Program-made: the position numbers and the translations under genes
In this document: positions 18,801 to 29,096 of the stretch, in pieces
Layout: the number at the start of each line of letters is the position of its first letter
Position numbering within the stretch: the stretch's first letter is position 1
From: Dehalococcoidia bacterium
GTDB lineage: Bacteria > Chloroflexota > Dehalococcoidia > GIF9 > UBA5629
Reading direction: 5' to 3'
NCBI GenBank assembly: GCA_034429715.1
Contig: DAOUFR010000112.1
Span: 3,242-67,241 of the forward strand
Length of the DNA stretch: 64,000 nucleotides
The notes under the pieces: generated by a model
The model's input: the letters and a program-made list of their open reading frames with translations, nothing else
The model's database searches: none
Told to the model about the DNA's origin: nothing

Positions 18801-19375
18801 TAAAACTCCACTTTAGGCGCTGTTTCTGCGCCGCTGACAGACTGGAAGTATTGCTTCTCACTGAATCCAAACATACCTGCCAGCATATTCGTGGGGAAAG
18901 TCTTGATCTGCGTGTTATAGTCCCTCACCAGGTCATTGAACCGCCTCCTTTCCACGCTGATGCGGTTCTCCGTCCCCGCCAACTCGTCCATCAACTGGGT
19001 AACGTTCTGACTGGACTTGAGGTCCGGGTAATTCTCCATCACGGCGAGCAGGCGGCCAAGTGCGGTTTCAACCTCTCCGGCCGCAGCAGCCTTTTCATTC
19101 ACCGTCTGGGCAGCCCCGTATTTTGTCCGCGCATCGGCTATGGCCAGGAAAACCGTCTGTTCCTGTGTCATCATACCTTTGACCGAGTTCACCAGGTTCG
19201 GTATCAGGTCATAACGCCGTTGATATTGCGTCTCAACCTGCGACCACTGGGCGTCTATGCCCTGTGATTTGGTTACCAGGCTGTTATACATACCGACCAG
19301 GGAGACTGCAATGATTATGGCGCCAAGTACTATTACACCTACGGCTGCCAGAACACATCCCCAGGTTGACTTCAT
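18800..19375 (-). CDS. LemA-family protein.
   Basis: N-terminal TM segment. YNSLV...QW.QVE.QYQRRYDLIPNLV is the LemA signature. It overlaps the TPM gene start by 1 nt, which is the usual LemA-TPM pairing. Confidence 0.85.
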   Translation of the reverse strand: MKSTWGCVLAAVGVIVLGAIIIAVSLVGMYNSLVTKSQGIDAQWSQVETQYQRRYDLIPNLVNSVKGMMTQEQTVFLAIADARTKYGAAQTVNEKAAAAGEVETALGRLLAVMENYPDLKSSQNVTQLMDELAGTENRISVERRRFNDLVRDYNTQIKTFPTNMLAGMFGFSEKQYFQSVSGAETAPKVEF

Positions 19376-19532
19376 ATAGATAACCTCCTTAATCAGTCTG
19401 AACAGAATGATTTTTGTTATGGCAATTCTACATCAGGACTATTCTATCAACAAATTACACCTGCAACGCTTGTTTTGGCCGGCTGGCGAAGCGTATAATC
19501 ATGCACAATCAATAAGAGGGGGTTGGAATATC

Positions 19533-19982
19533 ATGGCCATCAATAAGGAACTTGCAGCGCCATGCGGTCTCTACTGCGGAGTTTGCGGAATCTACATAGC
19601 CACCAGGGACAATAATGAAAAATTTAAAGAGAAGCTGGCCCCTGTTTACGGTGTTAAGCCCGAAGACCTGGTATGCGATGGATGCCTCTCTCAGCGCGTC
19701 TGGTCTTATTGCCAGGACTGCCCGATTAAAACGTGTTGCCTGAATAAAAAAATAGAGGGATGCCACCAGTGTAACGAATTCCCCTGCCGCTACATAGATA
19801 ATTTCCCGATCCCTGTCGGCAAGAAGGTTATACTACGATCCATTCCCGGATGGCGGGAGCTCGGTACGGAAAAGTGGATACAGGAGGAGCAGAAACGCTA
19901 TAATTGTCCCCATTGCGGCGCTGCGACCTTCCGTGGAGCCAAGCGTTGTCGTAGCTGCAAGGAACCTATCGATCTCGACTAA
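19533..19982 (+). CDS. DUF3795-like Cys-rich protein.
   Basis: Cys pattern CGLYCGVCGIY...CDGC...CQDCPIKTCC...CHQCNEFPC...CPHCGA. Start chosen at the internal ATG 19533, which is preceded by AGAGGGGG. Confidence 0.55.
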   Translation: MAINKELAAPCGLYCGVCGIYIATRDNNEKFKEKLAPVYGVKPEDLVCDGCLSQRVWSYCQDCPIKTCCLNKKIEGCHQCNEFPCRYIDNFPIPVGKKVILRSIPGWRELGTEKWIQEEQKRYNCPHCGAATFRGAKRCRSCKEPIDLD

Positions 19983-19992
19983 AATTCGCGTC

Positions 19993-21132
19993 ATGCTCAG
20001 AATAATTGTAGCCCTCATCGTTATTATTCTGGCTGCGGGCTGTTCCACCCCCCAGCAGCAGCCGGCACCACAAGCCCAGCCCGAACAGGTTAAGATCGGG
20101 GCCTTACTGGGCTTAAGCGGCGATATAGCAACATCTTACGGTCAAGCGCAAAAAAAGGGGGTTGAGCTGGCCGTTAGCGAGGTCAACGGTAGCAATTACC
20201 TGGGCGAGGGCAAACAACTCAAGCTTGTCATAGCAGACGCCGGACCCGGCGCAGACACCGCTTTCTCCGCCATGACCCGATTGATTGAAACCGACAATGT
20301 CTCAGCCGTCATAGGCCCCACACTGTCTACACAGGCCTACAAAGCCGACCCTGTAGCTCAGATTCACAAGGTGCCGGTGATAGCAGTGAGCAACACGGCC
20401 CCGGGTATAACGGAAATGGGCGATTTTATCTTCCGCTGCAGCTTGCCCGAGACGACCGTTATCGGAGGCACCATTAAAGCTGCGGCCAGCCAGCTGCGCG
20501 TGGTGAAAGTCGCCTATCTCTGGGGCAAGGATGACGACTACACCATTGCCGGCTATAAAGCTTTTACCGATGCCGTAGCAAAAAACGGCCTGAAGGTACT
20601 GGCGGATGAAACATTCAACCGCGGCGATACAGACTTTAAACCGCAGCTGGAAAGGATCACAGCAAAGGGACCCGACGCAATACTCGTTTCCGCTCTGGCC
20701 AAAGAAGCTGCAGCCATCATAATTCAGGCACGGTCCCTCGGCTACACCGGTATCATTATCGGCGGAAATGGCTTCAATTCAACTGACGTTATTAAACAGG
20801 CCGGCAGCTACGCAGAGGGAGTTATGGCCGGCACGGCATGGAATATCGCCAGCATCAATACCAGGAACCTGGAATTCATATCCGCCTATCAGAAAGCTTA
20901 TGGAATCAAACCGGACCAGTTTGCCGCTCAGGCTTATACCGGCACCTGGCTGCTGGCCAACGCCATCCGGACCGCCGGCAACTCTGATCCCCAGACCATT
21001 AGAGATGCGCTGGCAGGTATATCCAATTTTACTACGCCTATGGGATCGTTCAGCTTCACACAGGACAGGGAACCTGTTCATCCCGCCGTTGTGCAGATCG
21101 TGAAAAACGGAAGATTCACCATTTTTAAATGA
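19993..21132 (+). CDS. ABC transporter substrate-binding lipoprotein, type 1 periplasmic binding fold, LivK-like for branched-chain amino acids.
   Basis: Lipobox LAAGC after the signal peptide. KIGALLGLSGDIATSYGQ...GVELAV.EVN is typical of Leu/Ile/Val-binding protein family SBPs. Confidence 0.75.
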   Translation: MLRIIVALIVIILAAGCSTPQQQPAPQAQPEQVKIGALLGLSGDIATSYGQAQKKGVELAVSEVNGSNYLGEGKQLKLVIADAGPGADTAFSAMTRLIETDNVSAVIGPTLSTQAYKADPVAQIHKVPVIAVSNTAPGITEMGDFIFRCSLPETTVIGGTIKAAASQLRVVKVAYLWGKDDDYTIAGYKAFTDAVAKNGLKVLADETFNRGDTDFKPQLERITAKGPDAILVSALAKEAAAIIIQARSLGYTGIIIGGNGFNSTDVIKQAGSYAEGVMAGTAWNIASINTRNLEFISAYQKAYGIKPDQFAAQAYTGTWLLANAIRTAGNSDPQTIRDALAGISNFTTPMGSFSFTQDREPVHPAVVQIVKNGRFTIFK

Positions 21133-21199
21133 TGCTCTCCGGCAGGGATTCCCGGCGATAACATCAACCACGAGGCCTGTGCTATAATCGCTCTGTAAA

Positions 21200-21832
21200 A
21201 TGTTTAAATTAAACCTGATGCCCAGGGGCGACAAGTTCTTCGACCTCTTTGAGGTCAGCACAAAGAACATGGTCAAAGCAGCCGAAAATCTCAAGGAGCT
21301 TATATACAGCTGGGACAGCATTGACCAGAAACTGGAGGAGATGGATAGGATCGAGCATCAGGGTGATACCATAACCCACGAAATCATGTTCCAGCTTAAC
21401 CGTTCCTTTATAACACCTTTCGACAGGGAGGATATCGGTATGCTGGCGCACTCTCTGGACGATGTCACCGACCTCATCCAGGCGACTGCCGACACCATGG
21501 TTCTATATAAAGTCAGGGAACCCGGCAAACGGGCGCGTGAGCTCGCAGATATCCTGGTCCAGATAACTACCGAGGTGGAAAATGTGATGCCCAGCCTCAG
21601 GCGCCATAACGCCAACCTTGAGAAAATCCTGAACAGCTGCGTGGAGATAAACAGGCTGGAAAACGTGGCGGACAAGATCTACCGCACGGCGCTCAAGGAG
21701 TTGTTTGAGGATTCAAATGATATCACGGATATCATTAAGTGGCGCGAAATATACGAGCATATGGAGAGCGCCACCGATATGTGTGAGGATGTCGCCAACG
21801 TGCTTGAGGGCGTAGCCCTGAAACACGCTTGA
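21200..21832 (+). CDS. DUF47-family protein (PhoU-like, associated with phosphate transport regulation).
   Basis: 210 aa and all-helical. The N-terminal FFDLFE and the IEHQGDTITHEI, ITPFDREDI and HMESATDMCEDVANVLEG motifs match DUF47/TIGR00153. Confidence 0.7.
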   Translation: MFKLNLMPRGDKFFDLFEVSTKNMVKAAENLKELIYSWDSIDQKLEEMDRIEHQGDTITHEIMFQLNRSFITPFDREDIGMLAHSLDDVTDLIQATADTMVLYKVREPGKRARELADILVQITTEVENVMPSLRRHNANLEKILNSCVEINRLENVADKIYRTALKELFEDSNDITDIIKWREIYEHMESATDMCEDVANVLEGVALKHA

Positions 21833-21896
21833 ATACTTAGCCATACTGTCCGGGTCGGCGCCGGTTACACACAGCTTTATAAAAGGACGATGAAAT

Positions 21897-22469
21897 ATGA
21901 CTATCAAAGAGCTCGTTTATAAAAACCGCAGCTACCGCCGCTTTTTTCAAGACACAGCGGTCTCCCTTGACACTCTGAAGGAGCTTGTTGACCTTGGCAG
22001 GATGTCAGCCTCCGCTATGAACCTGCAGCCTCTCAAGTATATTTTATCCAACGATGCGGCCGGGAATGCCGCCATTTTCGCAAACATCGGATGGGCAGCC
22101 TACCTCAAGGACTGGGGTGGGCCCCCCGAGGGGGAAAAGCCTTCGGCGTATATTATCATGCTGGGAGATACGGAGATCAGCAAAAATGTGGTATGGGACC
22201 ACGGGATCGCCGCACAGAGTATCCTGCTTGGCGCCACGGAAAGAGGGTTGGGTGGCTGCATGATTGCCACGATACGCAAGGCCGACCTGGCAAAAGCTCT
22301 AAATATCAGCCCACGTTATGAGATACTGCTGGTTATCGCCATCGGGAAACCAAAGGAGCAGGTCGTGGTCGACCCGCTGGATCAGAACGGAGAGTCGAAA
22401 TACTGGCGAGACAGCCAGGCTGTACATCATGTGCCCAAGCGCTTGTTGAAGGACATCATCATCGGATAA
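21897..22469 (+). CDS. Nitroreductase-family protein.
   Basis: 190 aa. RRF..., the SA.N.QP motif and a C-terminal GGC..I block fit the nitroreductase fold. Confidence 0.75.
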   Translation: MTIKELVYKNRSYRRFFQDTAVSLDTLKELVDLGRMSASAMNLQPLKYILSNDAAGNAAIFANIGWAAYLKDWGGPPEGEKPSAYIIMLGDTEISKNVVWDHGIAAQSILLGATERGLGGCMIATIRKADLAKALNISPRYEILLVIAIGKPKEQVVVDPLDQNGESKYWRDSQAVHHVPKRLLKDIIIG

Positions 22470-22490
22470 GCAGGCTGCCGATATAACGGC

Positions 22491-22934
22491 TTACTCGGAA
22501 GTCCTCTTTACCAGCAGCAGGCGGTTACCTTCTCCCTCGCTGTAACTGTAGTCAACCCGGTCCATCATCTTTTTCATCATATATATGCCCAGGCCACCCG
22601 CTTTACGGTCCTCAAGCGCGCTGCCCACCTCCGGCAACGGGACGGACGCAGGATCAAATTTCTTACCTCGATCCCTGATGGTAATAATGATATCGGGGCC
22701 GTTTAGAGCACATGAAATCTGGAAAAAACCACCCCTGCCGCCGTAAGCATGCTTGACCACGTTGGTGCTTGCTTCATCAACCGCTGTCTCGAAGGCAAAT
22801 ACATATTTGTCCAACTTTCGCTGCTGTAACCAGTTAACCACAAAATCTACAATCACCGGTATGTCTTTGAGTACTGCGCTCTCCAGGATAAGCGTATCTC
22901 CATTCATGCCTGCTGCCCGTTGTTGATCGTCCAT
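22491..22934 (-). CDS. Anti-sigma regulatory factor (HATPase_c Ser/Thr kinase, RsbW/SpoIIAB-like).
   Basis: 147 aa. Has the E.AVDEASTNVVKHAY N-box and GGLGIYMMKKMMD G-box. Confidence 0.7.
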   Translation of the reverse strand: MDDQQRAAGMNGDTLILESAVLKDIPVIVDFVVNWLQQRKLDKYVFAFETAVDEASTNVVKHAYGGRGGFFQISCALNGPDIIITIRDRGKKFDPASVPLPEVGSALEDRKAGGLGIYMMKKMMDRVDYSYSEGEGNRLLLVKRTSE

Positions 22935-22959
22935 GATTATTTGCCTGTAACCCGATTAT

Positions 22960-23877
22960 TTATGCTACTGCCGCTGTTGCGGGTGAGATAACAATTTGGC
23001 TGCCGCTGATCTTGCTTTCCAGACTGGATTTGATGGAGTCGATCACCTTCTGAACCTCGGACATCTTTCTTTCGCCGTCGAACTCCAAAAAGATCTCGAC
23101 GTAAACATTGGCTCCTGAACGTCTTGAACGTATCCCGTGAATAGCTTCGTATTCATCGAAATAGCGTGCCAGTTCCCTGAGTATAATGATCTGGAGCGAC
23201 TCTTCCAGGGCACGATCCAGCAGATCGTAGACAGACATGGTGCTGATGTTGTATATGGATTGGACGATGAAAAGCCCGATGATGACGGAGCCGATAGGGT
23301 CCACATAGCTGGCCCACGGCTGATCGCTGAATATAGCGCTCAGTGCCAGCGAGATTATTACTAATACGGAAGCAATTGTCTTAAAACGGTACATGCGCCA
23401 TAGCGACTCCAGAACGGGCGAGTATTCCTCCTTCGCCAGGTGATAATCGTGCCGCCATAGCCAGGCGCTGGTCAGCAGGGCGATAGCTGAAAATACAATA
23501 GCAAGGTCCAGTCCACCCGCATGCAGCTCCTCCGGATGCTGAAACCTCTCCACGGTATGCCCGATAACGATTATGAGTGATATGACCAGAACCACAGCCA
23601 CAATCAAGCCCGAAAAACTTTCCAGCTTGCCGTACCCATAGTTGTAACCCTCGGTTCGGCCCCGGTTGACTTTCCGGATGCTCAGATAAGACAGAAATAC
23701 CGCGGTAACCAGCCCGATATTCTTGAGGATTTCCGATTCAAGAGTCAGTGAATTGGCTATTACTGCGGCAATTACACCGGTGATAAGCCCGAATATCCCC
23801 AGCAGCAGGCCCAAAAGGATGGATTTTTCCTTGGCCTTACTATGGTCAGCCGGCTTTGTTACTTTATCATTCGACAT
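22960..23877 (-). CDS. Cation diffusion facilitator (CDF) family transporter.
   Basis: Six TM segments followed by a C-terminal cytoplasmic domain, with the conserved His/Asp metal site in the TM region. 305 aa. Confidence 0.8.
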   Translation of the reverse strand: MSNDKVTKPADHSKAKEKSILLGLLLGIFGLITGVIAAVIANSLTLESEILKNIGLVTAVFLSYLSIRKVNRGRTEGYNYGYGKLESFSGLIVAVVLVISLIIVIGHTVERFQHPEELHAGGLDLAIVFSAIALLTSAWLWRHDYHLAKEEYSPVLESLWRMYRFKTIASVLVIISLALSAIFSDQPWASYVDPIGSVIIGLFIVQSIYNISTMSVYDLLDRALEESLQIIILRELARYFDEYEAIHGIRSRRSGANVYVEIFLEFDGERKMSEVQKVIDSIKSSLESKISGSQIVISPATAAVA

Positions 23878-24032
23878 TAATTACCTTTTAAATCCTGCTC
23901 TGTATCATCAATGTAAGCCTGATTATTTTGGCATGATTTGATTTATTATTCAAAGAATAACACCACCATATTCCCAAAACAATGAAGGGGCGTTATAATG
24001 GAGCTAATATATTGGGATATGTATAATTAGCT

Positions 24033-24752
24033 ATGTTGTTTGAGCTGGAACGGCGGCACATCTCACCGGCAATATCGATACTTATACTTACGTTGATGTT
24101 GATAGGTGCCTCCTGCACGGTGGATGAATTACCGCAACCGGTAGACAATCCAGCTAATCCTCCGGTCGTCGACAACAGCGCTACCTGTGTTATACTTGAC
24201 ATCTCGTCTTTCGTTGCTCAACCTAAAACTATAATACTGGGCGAGCAGACAGTCCTTTCCTGGAAAACGGTCGCCGCTACTTCTCTTTCCATCGATCCAG
24301 GCATTGGAAGTATCAGCGTGGACAGCGACAGTATCATCGTGACACCGAAAGCAACCACGCTGTATACATTGAGAGCGTCCGACGGATGTTATGAGGTATC
24401 TCAAAAATTTCTTGTAATCGTCAAGACAATAGACGGAGAGATCGTATGGCCCGCCGGCAGCTCTGAAAATGTTACGGCCGAACCGATATACGAAGGCTGG
24501 AGCCACTATCCAAATAAATATGTTGAATGGACAATACTCGATCGGAATAAATATGCCGAGAGCGATATATATAATTGCTGGCACCAGGGACGTATCATCA
24601 ACAAACACAGCGAATGGATTATGACGGAGGTTACCGTCAGCGGCAAAGTGGTAGCGAGTACCATATCACCCTCAGAACAGGTGATTTATGTCACCAGTAT
24701 AGATTGCCTGCAATTGCCGGAACTTAAGTGGAAGTGGAAGGTCTCCAAGTAG
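24033..24752 (+). CDS. Hypothetical lipoprotein with an Ig-like beta-sandwich segment.
   Basis: Signal peptide with lipobox LIGASC. PKTIILGEQTVLSWKTV...TLYTLRAS resembles an Ig-like domain. Confidence 0.45.
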   Translation: MLFELERRHISPAISILILTLMLIGASCTVDELPQPVDNPANPPVVDNSATCVILDISSFVAQPKTIILGEQTVLSWKTVAATSLSIDPGIGSISVDSDSIIVTPKATTLYTLRASDGCYEVSQKFLVIVKTIDGEIVWPAGSSENVTAEPIYEGWSHYPNKYVEWTILDRNKYAESDIYNCWHQGRIINKHSEWIMTEVTVSGKVVASTISPSEQVIYVTSIDCLQLPELKWKWKVSK

Positions 24753-24797
24753 TTTTCTACCAGACCATATCGATATATAGGATGTTGGATAAGGCTT

Positions 24798-26171
24798 ATG
24801 ATTAGCATGTGGAACAGAATAGCCGTTATCGTACTTTTAATCTGTATCTCAACGCTCTCCCTGTCCTGCTTTATCTTTGAACGTGCCACCGATCATTATA
24901 AGGCGGGAAATGAATTATACAGCCAGAAGCAGTGGGATAAGGCAATCGAAGAGTATACCAAGGCTATCAGCATGGATTCCAATCAGCCCTTCTTTTACAT
25001 CAACAGGGCGCTGACCTACAACCAGATAGGCGAATATGATCTGGCTATCGCGGATTGCACCAGGGCAATAAACAAGAAGAGCAACATCGCATTAGCCTAT
25101 ACCACGCGCGCCTCCGCCTATAATGAAAAAGGCCAATATCAACTGGCATTGGCTGATTCACTGAAGGCTATTGAGCTGAGCCCCAAGACTGCCCTGGGCT
25201 ACATCAATAAGGGCTGGGCGCTCTACGGCCTGGGCAAGTTCAAGGAATCGATACTGGCCTGTACCGATGGTATCGCCGCCGAGCCGACCAGGGCCATGGC
25301 CTATATATTCAGGGCCATGAACCACAATGAGATGGGCAACTACGAAAATGCGATGGCTGACTGCAACAAAGCTATTGAGCTCGATCCCACGCTGCCGCTG
25401 GCATATGTCAACCGCGCCTGGGTGTACAACCAGACCGCTGTTTATGAAAAGGCTATTGAGGACTGCAACACGGCGATCAGTCTGGATCCCAGGATTGCCA
25501 CGGCTTACGTGAACCGTTCCTGGGCACAGACAGCCAGAGGTAATTTCGATCTCGCAATAGCTGACTGCGATACCGCCATCAAGCTTAATCCCAACCTGCC
25601 GGGAGCATATGTTCAACGCGCCTGGGCCTACTTCGAGAAATATCCATATGATCTTTCTAAAGACTGGTGGCAGATGGGCATGGATGACTGCAACAAGGCC
25701 ATTGAATTGAATCCCAAATCCGCCCTGGCTTATAACATGAGAGCACGCGGATATATTTTAAAGGAAGAGTACCGCCTTGCTATTGCCGATGCTACCAAAG
25801 CGATGGACCTGAGCTCAGAATTTGCACTGCCTGACATCACGCGCGCCTGGGCCTTTAATAATCTCCGCCTTTGGGACCTGGCCATAGAGGACTGTGACGT
25901 AGCCATATCCAAAAACCCCAAGCTGGCGGCGGCCTGGGCAAACCGTGCCTGGGCTTACAACGGCAAGGGCATGTTCGATAAAGCGCTGTCGGATATAAAC
26001 GAGGCCATCCGGCTTCAATATGACTTTGCCTGGGCTTATTTTACCCGGGCCATAATACATAAGAACCTGCATGATTACGAGCAGGCGAAATCCGACATCG
26101 AACTCTGCCTTCAATACACAACTGATCCCAAGCTTATCGAGGCCGCCAGAGCGCTCTACGCCACACTTTGA
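24798..26171 (+). CDS. TPR-repeat lipoprotein with about 11 or 12 tetratricopeptide repeats.
   Basis: Signal peptide with lipobox LSLSC. There are many repeats of the form AxxxxxxAIxLxPxxAxAYxNRxxAY. Confidence 0.8.
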   Translation: MISMWNRIAVIVLLICISTLSLSCFIFERATDHYKAGNELYSQKQWDKAIEEYTKAISMDSNQPFFYINRALTYNQIGEYDLAIADCTRAINKKSNIALAYTTRASAYNEKGQYQLALADSLKAIELSPKTALGYINKGWALYGLGKFKESILACTDGIAAEPTRAMAYIFRAMNHNEMGNYENAMADCNKAIELDPTLPLAYVNRAWVYNQTAVYEKAIEDCNTAISLDPRIATAYVNRSWAQTARGNFDLAIADCDTAIKLNPNLPGAYVQRAWAYFEKYPYDLSKDWWQMGMDDCNKAIELNPKSALAYNMRARGYILKEEYRLAIADATKAMDLSSEFALPDITRAWAFNNLRLWDLAIEDCDVAISKNPKLAAAWANRAWAYNGKGMFDKALSDINEAIRLQYDFAWAYFTRAIIHKNLHDYEQAKSDIELCLQYTTDPKLIEAARALYATL

Positions 26172-28042
26172 CTTATAACATATTTAGGTCTTATGATAAC
26201 AACATGAACTCACCGGCAGCACGGTTGGTCAACCTCATTTTATGTCTGGCTTTGCTTTTTTCTATCGGCTGTACTGCCTCTCCCGCCACGCCTGACGTGA
26301 TACCGGCTGCTTCACAGTCGATCCCGGCGGCACATACGAGAAAACTGCAAACATCTCCCTTCGAAGGCGGCAGCGCCGTCATTTTCGTTCTCAATCAGAT
26401 CGATGATGACAAATACATTGAGGCTGTGCAGGAGATTATCCGGGTCTTCGCGGAAAACGATGCATCCCTTGATGTCGCCGTGAAACCCCCTGAAAAGAAT
26501 TTCGGCCTGAACGAAAGCACCCGGGAACTGACCTATTTTTCTGATGCCGGTATCCTCGATACCAGCGTAGATGGCCATTACGTTAGCTGGCTGAAGCCTC
26601 AGACCTCGCTGACCGGTGACGAATACAAAACATTCACAGCTAACCTTGTATTGACTCGCGATCAGATTAAATACATATTCGGTTCGGCGGTTTTTTCCTG
26701 CTTACTGCCGACAGCGGCTATTAATGAGGCCAACTACAGGGCTCTACAGGACAGCGGCTTCAAGGTTATCGCTTACAGCGATTCAGATGCCCTCAAACCT
26801 TCAATCAAACCGGTGAACTGGTCGGGACAGGTGGATACCGGAGGGCTTTACCGTCTGCCCGTTGTTGGCAAAGTCGACCTTTCCCAGAAGTTCGATAACT
26901 CCACCGTGCTGTACGGTGCGGTTAAACAGAGCATCAACTCTCTCGGCGTGGCCGTCATCGAATTACCCGTCGCTTCGGTGCTGGACTTAAATAACAAACC
27001 TGATCCTGCAAAATTACTGCAGTTGTCAGCGCTCGTTAAGTCCTGCCAGGGTCTTGGAGAGGTTACCACGCTGGAGAACTGGTACGAGTATATCATTAGC
27101 TGTCCGCTGGATTCCCAGGGCTTAAAGCGGCCTCTTCCCCCTTACCACGGTGGACCCATTATCATTTTCAGGCTGGACGATGTTGCCAGAGGTTACCGGG
27201 AAGATGTGGTGCACGAAATAATCAAGGTCTTTGAGCGAAACGGCGTGCCGCTGGACTGCGGAGTCGTCTCCAGCGTGGACGGTACCGAATCATATGAGAT
27301 CCCCTGGCTGAAACAATACGTCGATGACAACGTGGTTGGCATCAGTGTTCATGGCTATGACTGGACCTATTATCAACTGGATATCAAGCAGAATTACCTG
27401 AAGCATCTTGATGAAAATCCGTGCATTAATGTGTATGCCGCCAAGGCAGAGGCCGAAAAAGCCAAGGTTACCTATGAGGAACTGAAATACAAACTGATAC
27501 AGGCACGATGCAAATTCTTGAAATATTTCGGCATCAATCCCGTATCTTTCACCGTCCCGACAGATTATTACGACGAACTCGGATATAAAGCGATACAGGA
27601 CGCCGGATACAAAGTGTTCTCGGTACACAAATCGGTTGAACCATGCCCATCCCTGAAGCCTGTTGACTACAACTGTCAAATAGATCTGGAAAAAGGCATG
27701 TACCGCATCCCCACAGCATCCGACATGTGCATCTGGTACAACTGCCAGTGGACCAATGTGATCGATCTGGATAAGCCTATGAAACAAAAGGATTACTGCA
27801 TCTATGTAGACGCCTATGGCGAATCGATGGAGTATAACGACTACGGGATCTCAATCTGCACAACTATGAATACGCTGGGAGTGGCCGCCATAGGGTTACA
27901 TCCCGATTGTTTTGTGGATAAATACGGCAAGCCGGACATGGCCAAGCTTGAAAAAGTGGATACGCTGATCAAATGGTTCAAGTCATTTGCGACGATAATG
28001 ACCTTCGAGCAGTGGTACCGTTACCAAACGGGCGATAAATAG
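26168..28042 (+). CDS. Lipoprotein containing two tandem polysaccharide-deacetylase-like (NodB-like) domains.
   Basis: Lipobox SIGC. There are two internal repeats of about 300 aa. Repeat 1 reads GGSAVIFVLNQIDDDKYIEAVQEIIRVFAEN, and repeat 2 reads GGPIIIFRLDDVARGYREDVVHEIIKVFERNGVPL. The RLDDV motif is typical of the deacetylase family. Confidence 0.5.
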   Translation: MTYNIFRSYDNNMNSPAARLVNLILCLALLFSIGCTASPATPDVIPAASQSIPAAHTRKLQTSPFEGGSAVIFVLNQIDDDKYIEAVQEIIRVFAENDASLDVAVKPPEKNFGLNESTRELTYFSDAGILDTSVDGHYVSWLKPQTSLTGDEYKTFTANLVLTRDQIKYIFGSAVFSCLLPTAAINEANYRALQDSGFKVIAYSDSDALKPSIKPVNWSGQVDTGGLYRLPVVGKVDLSQKFDNSTVLYGAVKQSINSLGVAVIELPVASVLDLNNKPDPAKLLQLSALVKSCQGLGEVTTLENWYEYIISCPLDSQGLKRPLPPYHGGPIIIFRLDDVARGYREDVVHEIIKVFERNGVPLDCGVVSSVDGTESYEIPWLKQYVDDNVVGISVHGYDWTYYQLDIKQNYLKHLDENPCINVYAAKAEAEKAKVTYEELKYKLIQARCKFLKYFGINPVSFTVPTDYYDELGYKAIQDAGYKVFSVHKSVEPCPSLKPVDYNCQIDLEKGMYRIPTASDMCIWYNCQWTNVIDLDKPMKQKDYCIYVDAYGESMEYNDYGISICTTMNTLGVAAIGLHPDCFVDKYGKPDMAKLEKVDTLIKWFKSFATIMTFEQWYRYQTGDK

Positions 28043-28054
28043 CCCGAATCAGTA

Positions 28055-29035
28055 TTACAGCCGTTGCTTCTTCCGATTTTTATACCAGGCTATGCATTTC
28101 TGCATACCTGATTCCAGGCCTGTCAGCGGTTTATATGCAAGCAGCGTCTCAGCTTTAGTTGTGTCTGCTATGCGGTTAAATACCTCGATTTCCAAGGACC
28201 TGCGGCGGTCGTAATCAACATACTTTGTCTTTACCTTATCTCTCAGATCGAGGGAGGCCAGAACCATATCAGCCAGCACATTAATCGACACATCTTTTCC
28301 TGTGCCGAAGTTCAACACCTGGTTGATGCCTTCATCCATGATACCGGCCAGCAGCGTCATATGAATGGTATCTCCGATATATGTAAAATCACGCGTCTGG
28401 TTCCCATCGCCGTAGATAATGATCTCCTGTCCCGCCAAAGCCCTGCTAATAAAACGGGACAATACAAAACGGTCGTCCTGACGCGGCCCGTATGCATTAA
28501 AATAACGTAAAGCTGTGTACTTGAGACCGAATTTCTGATAGTACGCTATGCAGAAATGTTCGCCTATCAACTTGGTTAAGGCATAGGTGGATTTGGGATT
28601 GAACGGCCCCTCTTCCACCATGGGTTTAACGGAATCGCCGTAGACCTCCGAAGAAGAAGCAAAGACAAAGCGTTTGATCTTGTTCCTGGCCGCCAGAGAA
28701 ATCACATTGGAAGTGCCTACTACTTCAACATTGAGAAGATTGACCGGCTCATCCTGCGTTTCCTCCACTCCCACAACAGCTGCAAGGTGGAAAACCATAT
28801 CCTGGCCCTTAAATAACGGAGCAATAGCCCGGGTATCTGTGACATCCAGCCGGTGTACTGACAGGTTCTTGCCCTCCTTGCGGAGCTCTATCTTGTTGCC
28901 GCACAACATGGTATCGATCACAGTTACACTGGCGCCAAGGTCGATTAGTTTTTCCACAAGGTGCGATCCGATAAATCCTGCTCCCCCTGTCACAAGGACC
29001 CTCAGTCCGCTGTATTTCTTAAGGATATCACTCAT
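28055..29035 (-). CDS. NAD-dependent nucleotide-sugar epimerase/dehydratase (extended SDR family).
   Basis: N-terminal VLVTGGAGFIGSHLV Rossmann motif and a YxxxK active site (YALTK). Confidence 0.85.
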   Translation of the reverse strand: MSDILKKYSGLRVLVTGGAGFIGSHLVEKLIDLGASVTVIDTMLCGNKIELRKEGKNLSVHRLDVTDTRAIAPLFKGQDMVFHLAAVVGVEETQDEPVNLLNVEVVGTSNVISLAARNKIKRFVFASSSEVYGDSVKPMVEEGPFNPKSTYALTKLIGEHFCIAYYQKFGLKYTALRYFNAYGPRQDDRFVLSRFISRALAGQEIIIYGDGNQTRDFTYIGDTIHMTLLAGIMDEGINQVLNFGTGKDVSINVLADMVLASLDLRDKVKTKYVDYDRRRSLEIEVFNRIADTTKAETLLAYKPLTGLESGMQKCIAWYKNRKKQRL

Positions 29036-29096
29036 TATTTTTATCTTGAATAATTATTTATCAGCGACAATAGCTGAACCGGATGACCGGGGTTAT